Positions 1 to 51,486 of a DNA stretch of 64,000 bases are shown here, piece after piece (position 1 is the stretch's first letter; each line of letters opens with the position of its first letter). The position numbers and the translations under genes are program-made. This DNA is from Vicugna vicugna (lineage: Eukaryota), in assembly GCA_013265495.1 (NCBI GenBank), contig MU060685.1, forward strand, positions 434,001-498,000, read 5' to 3'. The notes under the pieces were generated by a model. That model was not told the DNA's origin. It worked only from the letters and a program-made list of their open reading frames with translations, and searched no databases.

Positions 1-539
1 CTCTTCCAGCCAAACACCACAAGCAAAAGAGCAGCCCTAGTTCCACCCCAGCAGCAAAAGCCAAGTCGGGAAGCCTAGCTTTCCTCCATGCCAGGCTGTA
101 ACATGGTGCCCACAATCCTTCCACTAAGGTGCTGAAGAAGGCCAAGTGGAGAGCAGAGACTTTCATCCCTACTGGGCAGTAATGAACCCTCCCTCTCCCC
201 ATGGTATCAGTGGAGGCCGCATGGGGAGTCTAAACTTTCACCACCAGCTGGCAGTTACAAGGTATCCCTTCCAGCCAGGATGATGTGAGCCTGAACTCCC
301 ATCCGTGGTGGGAGCCTGAACTCCCAGCTCTGCTCAGTAGTAACAAGGAGCTCCGGCCCAGCCCCAGGTGTCAAAGGAAGCCAAGTGAATAATCTGGACT
401 TCCACCTGGAAGTAACCAGGCAGCATCCCCCTTCAGCTACTGGAGTGGTGTCAGTGGAGTCCTGCTTAAACACAGGATTTAAATACGATCCAGAGCCTCA
501 TAATGTAATATCTCAAATGTCCAGGCTTCAGTTGAAAAA

Positions 540-1920
540 TCCCTCATCATACCAAGAACCAGGAAGATCTCAAACTGAATGACAAAAGATAATCAACAGA
601 TGCTAACATCAAGATGACACAGATGTTAGAATTATCTGACAAAGATTTGAAAGAAACCATCATAAACAGATTTCAGTAAGCAATTATGAACATGTGAAAG
701 AAATGAAGAAATAGAATGTCTCAGAAAATGAAAACATATAAAGAAGAACAACTGGAAATTTTAGAAGTAAAAAATATAGTAACTAAAATTTTTAAAAACT
801 CAGTGAATGGGCTGAACAGCAGAATGCAGAGAACAGAGCAGAGAATCCATGAAGGTGAAGGTAGAGCAAGAAGAATCACCCAATCCAAACTACAGAGAGA
901 AAAAGTGAACAGAGCCTCAGAGACATGTGGGACTATACTAAATGATCTAACATTAGTGTCTCCTCCAAATCCCTTGTCCTCGATATGAAAGGAAAAAAAG
1001 AGTCTTAAAAGAAAAGAAGAAAGGGAGTGGGGCTGAAAATGTCTTCAAAGATATAATGACTGAAAGTTTCTCAAATTTGGCAAAACAGAAAGCTAAACAA
1101 AACCCAAACAGGGTAAACCCAAAATAATCCATGTTCATACACATCATGGTCAAATTTCTGAGTACTTACAAGCAGTCAGAGAGAAACAATGCATTACTAT
1201 GGAAGAAAAACAATTAGAATGACAAATTTCTCATCAGAAGCCATGGAGGGCAGAAGGTGTTGACACAATTCTTCAAGTGCTAAATGAAAAGAATTGTCAG
1301 CCCAGAACTCTATATCCAGGAAAAATATCCTTCAAAAATAAAGGAGAGGTGGGGAGGATACAGCTCAGTGATAGAGCTCATGCTTAGCGTGCACAAGGTC
1401 CTGGGTTCAATCCCCAGTACCTCCATTTAAAAAAAAAAAAAGGCTATACAAATAGATACACTCAAAAGTGCTTTAGATGAAGCAAAATGGAGTCCTAACA
1501 ATGTTCAAGAAACCCACAGAAAAGCATGAAAAAAAGGAAAGCAAAAATGGAAAACATAACAGAAACCAAGAATTAAAATGACAGGTTTAAACCATAATAT
1601 ATATATAATTACATCAAATGTTAGTGATCTAAATACATCAATTAAAAGACAGAGATTGGCAGAGTGGATTTAAAAGATGATCCAACTATATGCAGTCTAT
1701 AAGTAACTCACTTTAACACAATGTATGTGTGCTGAGAGTAAAAGGATGGCAGAAAATATACTACGCAAACATTAGCCGAAAGGAAGTAGGAGAAGCTATG
1801 TAAATATCAGATAAAGTCAACTTCAGAGTAAAGAAATTACCAGGAAAGAGAGGGACACTACATAATGATAAAAGGACCAATCCACCAAGAAAACAGGATA
1901 ATCCTACACACATACGCACC
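540..1920 (+). mobile_element. Old L1 relic (ORF1 and start of ORF2)
   Basis: A-rich degenerate ORF1-like reading (ORF 716-988) and endonuclease-like text atatcagataaagtcaacttcaga; boundaries approximate. Confidence 0.7.
1351..1441 (+). mobile_element. tRNA-Ala-derived camelid SINE (Vic-1-like), short tail, inserted in an L1 relic
   Basis: ggggagga..cagctcagtgatagagc..ggtcctgggttcaatccccagtacctcca followed by polyA. Confidence 0.85.
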
Positions 1921-1947
1921 AAAGAGATCAGTGGCTTGGATTCTACG

Positions 1948-2460
1948 GTGTATTAATTTTCAAGTGCTGTGTAACAAATTACCCAAAAGTTAGTAGTTCA
2001 AAACAATAATAAACATTTATTATCTTTTATTGTTCAGAAATTCAGGAGCCGCTTAACTGGGCAGTTCTGGCTTGGGGTCTCTCATAAGGTTGAGTCAAGA
2101 TGTTGGTCAGCACGTCAGCCTTCAGAGGATAGGGCTGGTGAATCCACTTCCAAGGTTGCTTACATGGATGAAAAGTTGGTTCTGGTTGTTAGCAGGGGGC
2201 TCAGGCCTCTCCATAGGCTGCTTAAGTGTCTGCCTAACAAGGCAGCTGGCTTTCCCCAGAAGAGGTGGATTTCAAAGGGAAAGCCACAAAACCCTTTATA
2301 TCCTAGTCTCAGAAGTCATAAACTATTGCTTCTACCATTTTCTAATCATTGGAAGCAAATCATTAAGTCTGGCCCACATTCAAGGGGAGAAGAATTCAGT
2401 TCTACATTTTAAAGGGAGGAATGTCAGATAATTGCTAACATAGTTTAAAACCACCACATA
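1948..2460 (-). mobile_element. MaLR (MLT1-type) solo LTR
   Basis: Hallmark gctgtgtaacaaattacccaaa..ttagtagtt..aaacaataa text. Confidence 0.65.
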
Positions 2461-3362
2461 TGGGAAGCCAGGCAAACTAAGTTAACCTCAGCTGCCCTCA
2501 GACTGATTCAGTGACGTCCCTAGAGCAGATGCCGTGCCTGGCTGATCTGAATTTCTACTTAGAGTGAGCTCAACATGTTTGATCCTTGTCTCCACAACTG
2601 AAAAATAAAAACTGCTTCGGGACAAAGGAAAACAACAAACCAGCATAGCCCACATCACCTTCGACCTCTAGCCACCTCCAGCCATCTCCTTTTGGCCACC
2701 TGTGTTTTCTGCCTTTATCCAGATGTCTTCTGGAACTCAGGCTGGCCGATACACTCTCCCAGCATTCTGCATGGGACAGCAAAGCTCTGTAAGGATGCCA
2801 CCAGATGCAAGCTGCCCTGTGTCTATTTTTACCTCTGCTTCTCAAAATTAAGGGGGAGGTTTTGGAGGTATATAGTCTCTCTGAGAGATGCTTTAGGTCA
2901 ACTTCAGAGTGTTCCCTCGTCCAGGCAACTTGGGGAGCAGAGGGCTCCTCACATCAGCTCCCTGGGCTAGTACAGAAACTTATCAGCTGCTCACTCCAGG
3001 AGCTGCTGTTTTCCCAGAAGGGGGCGGGTGACTGCCTGCTAAGAGAAATCACTGTGCTCACCTCACACATATTTACATATTTAAGTCTCATAACATTATC
3101 CCCATTTTTAGATGCAAGCTCTGCCACTCCAAAAGGCAGAGAATCCTGCCTGGGTCTCTCCGGCACTAAAGCCACACAATACACCCCTTCTCTCCCAGCA
3201 GTAATCACTGGCCACCCTGACTGTGTCTCCCCAACTGCTATTTAGGCCACTTTATTGACAAGAATATTTAATAGACAAACCCGTCCACGTATCTCCTGCA
3301 ATCTTACTTGGATGTTCCCACACTCACCCAACGTTCATGTACTCAATGAATATCTCCTGAAT

Positions 3363-3890
3363 GCTATATTTGTTTTTTACTGCTGTTCTAACAAACTACC
3401 ACAAGCTTAACAATTTAAGACAATATTCACTTATTAGCTCACAATTCTGCCGGTCAGAAGTCCAGCATGGCGCGGCTGGATTCTCCGCTCAGGGTCTCCC
3501 TGGGCTAAAATCAAGATATGGGAAGGCTGTGGTTCCCTCCCATGTGGGACTTGAGGTCCTCTTCCAGGTTCCCTGGCCTTGGACAGAACTTTTTCTCTCT
3601 TGCCTTCCATGTGGCGTCCTCCAGAGGGGCCCCAGCAACAGAGGGTGGAGAATACTCTCTCTTCTAATTTCGCTGATTTCCCCATCTGCCACATCTCTCT
3701 CTGACTCTCCTGCCTTCCTCGTCTGAGTTTCTAAGGACTCACATGATTGCATGGCCCCTTCCAGATATTCAGATAGTCTCCCTAAAGTCAGTAATCTTAA
3801 TACATCTGCAAAGTCCCTTTTCACATTCATTGGTGTACCACCAGGGGGCAAAGGTCATGGGAACCAAAATTCTGCCTACGGTGCCTACCG
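3363..3890 (-). mobile_element. MaLR (MLT1-type) solo LTR
   Basis: gctgttctaacaaactaccacaagctta..ggtcagaagtcc..gggctaaaatcaag hallmark text. Confidence 0.65.
3838..3850 (+). promoter_or_regulatory. CTCF motif near the end of a MaLR LTR
   Basis: CCACCAGGGGGCA matches the CTCF core. Confidence 0.4.
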
Positions 3891-4085
3891 TGTACCAATC
3901 ACTATTCTTGGCTTTTGGGAAACTTCAGTGGACAAAACAGACAAAATGGCCCGCCTTCGTGGAACTCACACTCTAACTAGGGATGTAAAACCCTTAGGGC
4001 TTTCAGCCATATACACATCCTCAGAGTTCAGATTTCTTTTGCTTGGGTGTTAATTGAATTCCTGCCTTTTTCCCCCCCTAACCAG

Positions 4086-44133
<40,048 letters not shown>

Positions 44134-44464
44134 CCACGGGGACTGGCAGAAGCCGCGTCCTGGGGTTAATCCTCAGGCCCCATCGGCTCACAGCCCCCAG
44201 TCGTTCTCTCTTCCTCTCTTCTCTCATCGAATGTGGGAACTTTGATTACTCGATCTCAGGCCTTGTTGGCTACCAAAACAGAAGGACCATGGCTTCATCC
44301 ACCCTTTAGGAGGGCGGGGCCTCCCCAGGATCCTGGCTCAGGCGGCTTGGACCTGCACTCACAGCAGTTTCCCTCGGCTCCAGACTTTGCGGGGAGGAGC
44401 TGGGCCGGGCCCACCATCCTAGGCTTTTCTCACGGAGCTCATGTTGGGAACCAGGCTTCTGCCA

Positions 44465-44478
44465 GCGCCACCTACTGG
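44465..44478 (-). promoter_or_regulatory. CTCF motif
   Basis: Minus strand reads CCAGTAGGTGGCGC, an exact match to the CCASYAGRKGGCRS core consensus. Confidence 0.6.
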
Positions 44479-45221
44479 GCAAGGCTTGGTGGCTCCTGGG
44501 ACCCTCAAGACGCAGGAAGCTTCCAGCGAGCTAGGAAGCTGGGTAGAGGAGGAGGGCATAAGTGAGAGGAGGGGTGTTGATGTAGGGTGCTTTACAGCTG
44601 GGATGCATCGTGAGAAAACAGTCTAAAGGTTCCCTTCATCCCTGCATTCTCGGGTTTGACCTTCCAGCTCATTCCATCTTAAAGCTTCGCTATTCAGCCT
44701 GTCCAGGGGTCATCAGGCATGAAAACCATTCTTCTTTCCTTCCTTCCTTCCTCTCTTTCTTTCTTTCCTCAACTCACCTAAGAATGACTTGAACTAGAAA
44801 GTCTATTTAACAGTTTCTCCAGAGAAATGTAACTAGTGTCTTACTGGAATTACCCGAATCTGTCTGTGCATTCCGTACTGGAGGGAAATGAAACAGACCC
44901 TGAATCTTACCTGTCAGAGGCAGTTTTACAGGCTGATCTTTCATTTCTAATAACCTACATGCTCAATGTCCATAAGGAGCTCCACTGCACAGAGTCGCGT
45001 AGGTAGGAACACATTTCTAGTGAAGATCAAGGGGACGCCTGATCGCCCTGTGACTCACACACTCACAAAAACTGGAAGTGATGCACCAGCCAGTAGGCGG
45101 ACCTGGGCAGGGTACCAAGTGCATCCATGATACTGGTGATCCTCGACTCACATAGGCTTTGTAGAGCCCCAGCCAAAGCTGGCGCACCAAAGTTCCACAT
45201 GCTCTAGAAGGGACAAGAAGG

Positions 45222-45227
45222 AATAAA
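45222..45227 (+). terminator. Candidate TMC2 polyadenylation signal
   Basis: First AATAAA I found downstream of the TMC2 stop (about 1.1 kb); no transcript evidence. Confidence 0.3.
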
Positions 45228-46189
45228 CCCGCCACGCAGAACAGAACATTAGTCTCTCTCGACTCCAGCAGAAAGTGGAGGAGAAAGTCTCCCTTGAGAA
45301 CTTATATCCACAAGGCAGCCCTCACACAGAGGGTCTAAGTCCCCATGCCAGCTGTGTGTTTAAAAAAACTCAAATGGAAAATTTTAAGTGATCTTAAGTT
45401 AATAGTGCCTCCAAGAAAAGGGGATGGGTACAAAGAAACAAAAACCAGCCCAACAAGTAGAAAGCATATAAGACAACAGAAATAAATCAAAATATATCAA
45501 GAATCAAAATAAATGCAAATGGACCAAACCCTCCAGACAGAAGACAAAAATTATCAGATGGATATTTTTAAATTCCATGTGCTATTTCCAAAGGATACAT
45601 TTAAAACCTAAGGATAGGGTGTGTATGGACTTTACCCCTTTTGGGTCCAGGAAATACAGTCTTCAAGGGCAAAATCACCAGGTGTGTGAGTGTAAGTTGG
45701 AATTGATTTTGAGTGCTGAGGATTCCTACTAAAGACAGCTGTCTGCAGTCTTGTGCCAGACTTGTGGAAAATGTAAAGAAAAGCCCAAGATCGTAGCTGG
45801 GCAGGTGAGGTATATAGAGCGTGCCCGATCTCTCTACCGCTGACTGTGTCTGGAGAATGAGCCATATAAACCTAACCTCCAAATTCTATTGTGAAGTTTC
45901 AACAAGCATCTGACACACGTGAGACTAAGTGCCACGCATTAGGCTGACTGCTCAGTGAGTAACAGATGTCAGCACAGACATCCTCAGGCTCGGCACTGAA
46001 TGAACAAAGCTTTTCTCCTGGACTCCTGAATGATCTTCCTAGAATGCTTCCCATTCTTGCCTCTATCTAAAGCAATGTTGCATATATGTGTAACTCATTA
46101 CCAAAGAATGTTGCAGGGTTTCTTTGGCCTAGGAATTGCTAGAAGCCTCTGAAATTTGATGTGAAAAATTCGCATCAAATGAGTACAGT

Positions 46190-46273
46190 GCCGCCATCTT
46201 GTGGTTGCTTCATGCAACTTCCTTTCCTGACGCTCTCCAGTCCCTGGTACATTAAACCGCACATTCACTTCCG
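46190..46273. promoter_or_regulatory. YY1/CTCF-like plus ETS motif cluster; candidate enhancer or boundary
   Basis: GCCGCCATCTTGTGG (minus: CCACAAGATGGCGGC) at 46190-46204; CACTTCCG at 46266-46273; TGACG in between. Confidence 0.35.
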
Positions 46274-47759
46274 TAGTAAAAACTCTGGGTTAATTTACAC
46301 CAGAATGACACAGTGAGCCATAGGCTGCGCTAAATAAAAGAGGAATGGATGCTGTAGTGTGTTGTCCTTCCCAAAGGATGAACACAGAGAAAGAAAAGTC
46401 CCACGTGACTTTGCAAGGCTGGAGCCTGGAGCACCCCCAGGAAACCCGCAACTCCCGGTCGACTTGCTGCCCAGGCAGGACATCTTCCCAGCTGGAATTT
46501 GTTGGGAAATCTGTCTTGCGTATCACCTTCCAACTACTCTCCAATCAAACACTGCTTTATGGAGAACGAGAGTCTCACCAGACCCAAGCCATTCATCCAG
46601 ACTTTGTTCAATGTTCGAGGTCTTACCTACAGCCTTTAGTCTTGTGACCGACTAGTGACCAGGGTGAGTCTTACGTCTCTAGCAGTTTCTTCTCTTCTCT
46701 CTGACATTTGCTTCCACTAACTTTCCATCCTCCATCTCCAAATGACCTACACATCTTTCTATGAATACCTAAACTCCCTTCCAGCCATGAAGTCTTTCTC
46801 GGGAACCCTGGCCCGGACTGCTTCTGGTCAGCCTCTCACACTGCTGCACTTCCCCACTTCATTATTACAGTCTCTGAAGTAAGAGGTCATGGGTTAGTAG
46901 TAGCACTGCTTTTATTATCCTCCCAGGTCCCTGCATTGCTTATCCTCTTGCTTAAGATCTCTGCCCAAAATGTTGCCTCCTCACTGCCAGCCTCTGTAAA
47001 ACAATGCAACATTCTTTAACACTTACAAACATTTGATGCATGGCATATTTTCTTGATTTTTGTCTCCCCCTGGGATGTAAACTCCATGTGGGCAGGGACT
47101 TAGTTTTGTTTATTACTGTATCCCCAGCACCTAAAAAGATATGTAGCATGCAATAGGTACACAAAAACTTTTTTTAAGTGAAAGGAAAAACTGATTGATT
47201 CTGTAGCTTCTTGAACCCCGACAGCTATTGCTAACTCCTCATCTGCAGATGTTAGACCACACAGTCTCCCAAGGTGCCCACTAACTCAAAACTTGCCTGT
47301 GTTCTCAGAGTCCCCAGAAAAAGACCAGCTGGATTGCACTGCTTAGTCTGGGTTCTGAGAAGGTGAATAGATGTAGTTCTGGGCTCATTTCTCTGCTCAC
47401 TCCTCCCGCCACCCGCCACCACTCCAATCTTACTGTTAGTGAAGTGTCTGCAGCCTAAAATGAGTCTCCTGGGTCCAATACATGTAGAGTGATGCCAGCT
47501 CTCAGGGCCACACCAGCACTTACAGAACTAGGCTGAAGCTGACAGAAGCCGGAACAATACAACCACAGTAGGAAATCTGAGGTTAGGAAGCCCAACAGCT
47601 CGGGTACCAAAAATTGTTCTGATCAACAGCATCTTGCCTCCTCATCCAAAAAGTAAGTAATGTCCTCACCAGTGCAACATCAGATGCAACCATGCAGTGA
47701 TGGGTGGCTGGGGTTTTTCGAAGAGAAAGAGGAGGAAATAACGCTTAGAAAGCCGCAAT

Positions 47760-48200
47760 GGAACGCAAAGAGGACTTCAGCCTTTAATATCCATCTGAAC
47801 AATGTATGGGTCATAGAAGCAATCATAATTGAAACTAGAATAAATTTGGAATTGAATTATCATGAAAATACTGCACATCAAAATTTGCAGAATACAACTA
47901 GAACAGCACTTAGAGGGAAACGCATATTGAAGAAGAAAAGTTTCAATGAGCCAAACATCCATATTAAGAAATGAAACAGAGAACAGCAAAATAAAGCCAA
48001 ACAAGTAAAAGGAAGGAAATAATAAATATAAGAGCAAAAACTAATTAAAAAGAAAATAAACATACAACAGAGACAATCAACAAAATCAAAAGTTCATTGT
48101 TTGAAAAGGTAAGATTAAATATTTTCTGACAAGACTGATGAACTAAAAAAGAAGATAAAAATAAATATTAAGGATAAAAAGATCACAACTTTAGATGCTG
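47760..48200 (+). mobile_element. Old L1 ORF2 relic
   Basis: gaattgaattatcatgaaaatactgcacatcaaaatttg..cacttagagggaaa..aaaatcaaaagttcattgtttgaaaag. Confidence 0.7.
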
Positions 48201-51200
48201 CAGGAAACATAATGTTCTCCAGTTCAAATTTACATTTTAGACTTTGTCGGCTACATATAGCCTTTGTTACATACTATTTTTTTTAAATCCTTTAAAAATA
48301 TGAAAATCGTTCTTGGCTCTTGGGCCCTACAAAAACAAGCCATAGGTCAGATTTGGTCCCAGGGTCATAGTTTGGCTGACTCCTGCTCTAGGGGTGGGAC
48401 ACTCAGCCCAGTGCAATGGTCATACAGCACAGGAAAGCTAATCCATCATTCATGAGGGAAGGGCTAGGATCAAAGTTGCTCTGGTAATGAGCCTGGTCCT
48501 CCCTGCCTGTATGTGGCAGGCAGGTGATCCCAACAACCATGCAGTGAGGAAATACACGGTGTCACCTGGCATGGAACCACTAAAGGCCTGAAGTAAGGAG
48601 ACCCAGAGCTCAGAGATTTTGAACATCTGGCTGAGATTAGTGTGTCTCAAAGGATAGAGTGCACAGGCCCAGGGGCCAGTCCCCAGCAGCATTTTACAGC
48701 AGGGCTTGATGGGGTCCCAAGACACAGCACAGGAACCTGAGCACAAAGAACTGAGATGTCCCCCCTTTTCCCTCAGCCAGACTATGAGAGTGCTCTCACA
48801 AACCCAGTGCCATCTGGAAAAGAGCTGAAGAGAGAGGACATCTGAAAGGCTCTTGGCAACACTGTTTAAATCAGAAAACAAACGAGATAGCAATCATTGG
48901 CAAGTTTACACACTGAACATATTTTCCAGGGTCTGATGTTTAATCAGTAAACTGTCCATCTACTGCTACTAGAAGTTGGAAAATGGAATGCATAACTGAT
49001 TTACCATGTGAAACTCAACTGTTTAGAGATGCCCTGTCTACATGTGTAAGTTAATGGCTAAAGTGATAGAAATGAATCAGAGCAGCTGGATGTATAAAAA
49101 AAATGGGGTTTTAGTAGACTCTAGGGGAGGTGATGGGAGAACTGGGACTCAACCGATGAATAAGTAAAATGAAACGTTGTCGTGCTGTTTACTGATAAAG
49201 GGGACAAAAGAGCAAGATGAAAGTCCACTAACATTTGTTGAGTTCCTACTACATGCCAGGTACCATACCTGCGTCACATCTGGCCTCTAGTAGACGTTCA
49301 GTAAAATGTTTACTGAAGGGATGAATGGCTCCTCCATCTTCATTCGGCAAAAGAAAGTTCAGAAAGGTTGGGTGATTGACTTAAGGTCACACGGTAAGTA
49401 GCAGCGCTGGAGTCTGAACCCAGTTTTGCTGACTGAGTGATATTTACTGCTGCTTAACAATGCATCCCAAAACTCAGTGAAGCTACCAAATAGCTCAAAG
49501 GGAAGGGAGGTATGGTCTTTGACATCACATGCCGCAGAGATGCCCATCCAGGTCAGGATTAGGAAGCATCAAGGGAGACAGTTTAGTAAAGAGAGGGAGG
49601 TAAGGAAGCTGAAGAAATATTTTTAATGTTCATGCCAATGTCTGCATCTAATCATAAGCCTTTCTGTCTTGCTAGCTGAAGTGCACTTTTCTTTAGCCAC
49701 TTAAGTTAGCGAACTGCTTTAGCACAGTTCCTTTATAACCAGAGGACTCAAATCTATCCAAAATATGACTGTGGTCAACTTTGAGCTCAGTGACTCTCAG
49801 GCTTTTTCTATCTAATCCCCAGTAACGTGCATTTAAATAACATTGATACGCTAAATATATTTGTATCTGTCTATGTGTATGTTTATACATATGTATACGT
49901 ATGAATGTTGAACCGAGACAAAAGTTTTACTAATCAATACTCCTTATTCTATGTAACATACTATTATTTCCTATATTCTTTCAACCTACTTTTTTTTAAT
50001 GCTGGCCAGTAATGTCTAAGTTAATTCTGCAATTCATTAATGGATTCCAACTTCTCCTTTGAAACCCCCTACTGCAGGAGATAAACACCTGTAACCCCAG
50101 GAATATTTAGGATTAAGTATAGAAATAACGAGGTAAATCAAAGTCACAGCATCAATATTTTCCATTACATTTCCAAAACTTTTATTTAATTTGGCATTTA
50201 TAATGTTTCAGAAAATTTAACATACTGATGTAGTAATTTTGGAACTTCATTCCAAAACGTAAAATGGAGTAACTGATTCCGACTCATCATTGTAAGTGGG
50301 TACATGTAATAAAATTTAAGCACATTTGTAAGGAATATTGAGACTGAGACTTTAAGATTAATCAACCAATATTTTAAAATTTAACCTATTAGGTTTTAAG
50401 AGTGAGCTCAGTATTTGGATTTTGTCAAGTAGGTGAACTGCTTAAGAAGAAAATATCTTAAATTTAGAAATGCATTTCAGCTATGGGAATTTAAATTATA
50501 AAAATCCCCTTAAAATATCTTTAAATTTACTAGCATATATACTATTTGTGGGTAACCAGGTTTTTGTTTATTACTATAACTCCACCATTAATTTTTATAG
50601 CAAAATTAATTTCAAAATAGTCGCCTGAGTGTCCAAAGCCGCCCCCGAGGACAGGGAAGCAGCTCCAGTTCACTCAGAACTAACCGGCGTTAAGAATTCA
50701 GGGCCCTTCCCCAGGGCCAGCAACACGTGGCCCGGCAAATGGAGCAGGATTCTGTCCAAGCAGGGGAACGAGAAACCGACCTAGAAGGAAGTGGGGTCGT
50801 CCTTCTTTCCTACTTCATCACCTTCCTCCCTCATTTAAAGTAAGTAAAAATATAACTTAAAAGCACAGAGCCAGTCACGAGGAATCACATTGCATCAGGG
50901 TCTGCCCAGCGCGCCCCAGGCCCCGCTTCCGCCCGGGTGAGGAAGGGAGGGCGTCCAGACCCCGGGCTCCGGAGAGGGTTGCCCACGAGCAGCAGGTGGG
51001 GAGGAAGGGGTCCTGGGGCGTGGGGTGCAGGGCGGGCACGGGTCCCGAGGTCCGCGGCGCTGCGGCAAGCGGGCTCCGCAAGTTTCCGCTGGGAAAGGTC
51101 GCCGCGGCCCGCGCTGGGCCTCCCGCCCGGATTTCACCCAGCTCTGCTGCCTATAATTTATATGATGAAAACATGAAGGACTGGACAGTTATCCAGAAAA

Positions 51201-51483
51201 GTGCCTTTCCAAACCGTTTGGCTGCCTGCAGGGCCCGGCCCGGCCCGAGCGTCCAAGGTAACCGCGCCACAGCGGAGACCGGAAAAGGCCAGCCCGCCCG
51301 CGCTCGCGCCCCAGCCTCGGCCCCGCGGGCCGTACCACCCCGGCGGAACCCCCCACCGAGGCCCGGAAAGGTATCGTCCCCGGCTTCTGATTGGCCGACG
51401 CCGCAGGGGCGTGGCCTCCGGAGCCCGGTTCAGCGCGCCAGAGCCTGCTCGCCGCAGTGCGAGCCGGGCCGGGAGCGAGCGCC

Positions 51484-51486
51484 ATG
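51484..51486 (+). CDS. NOP56: NOP56 exon 1 coding part (ATG only)
   Basis: gcgccATG|gtgagg; Kozak-like context, in frame with exon 2. Confidence 0.92.

Noticed and set aside
716-988. Coiled-coil-like 90-aa ORF as a gene
   Set aside because: Degenerate L1 ORF1 fragment with frame breaks on both sides
45090-45102. CCAGTAGGCGGAC as another CTCF site
   Set aside because: Two mismatches at informative core positions
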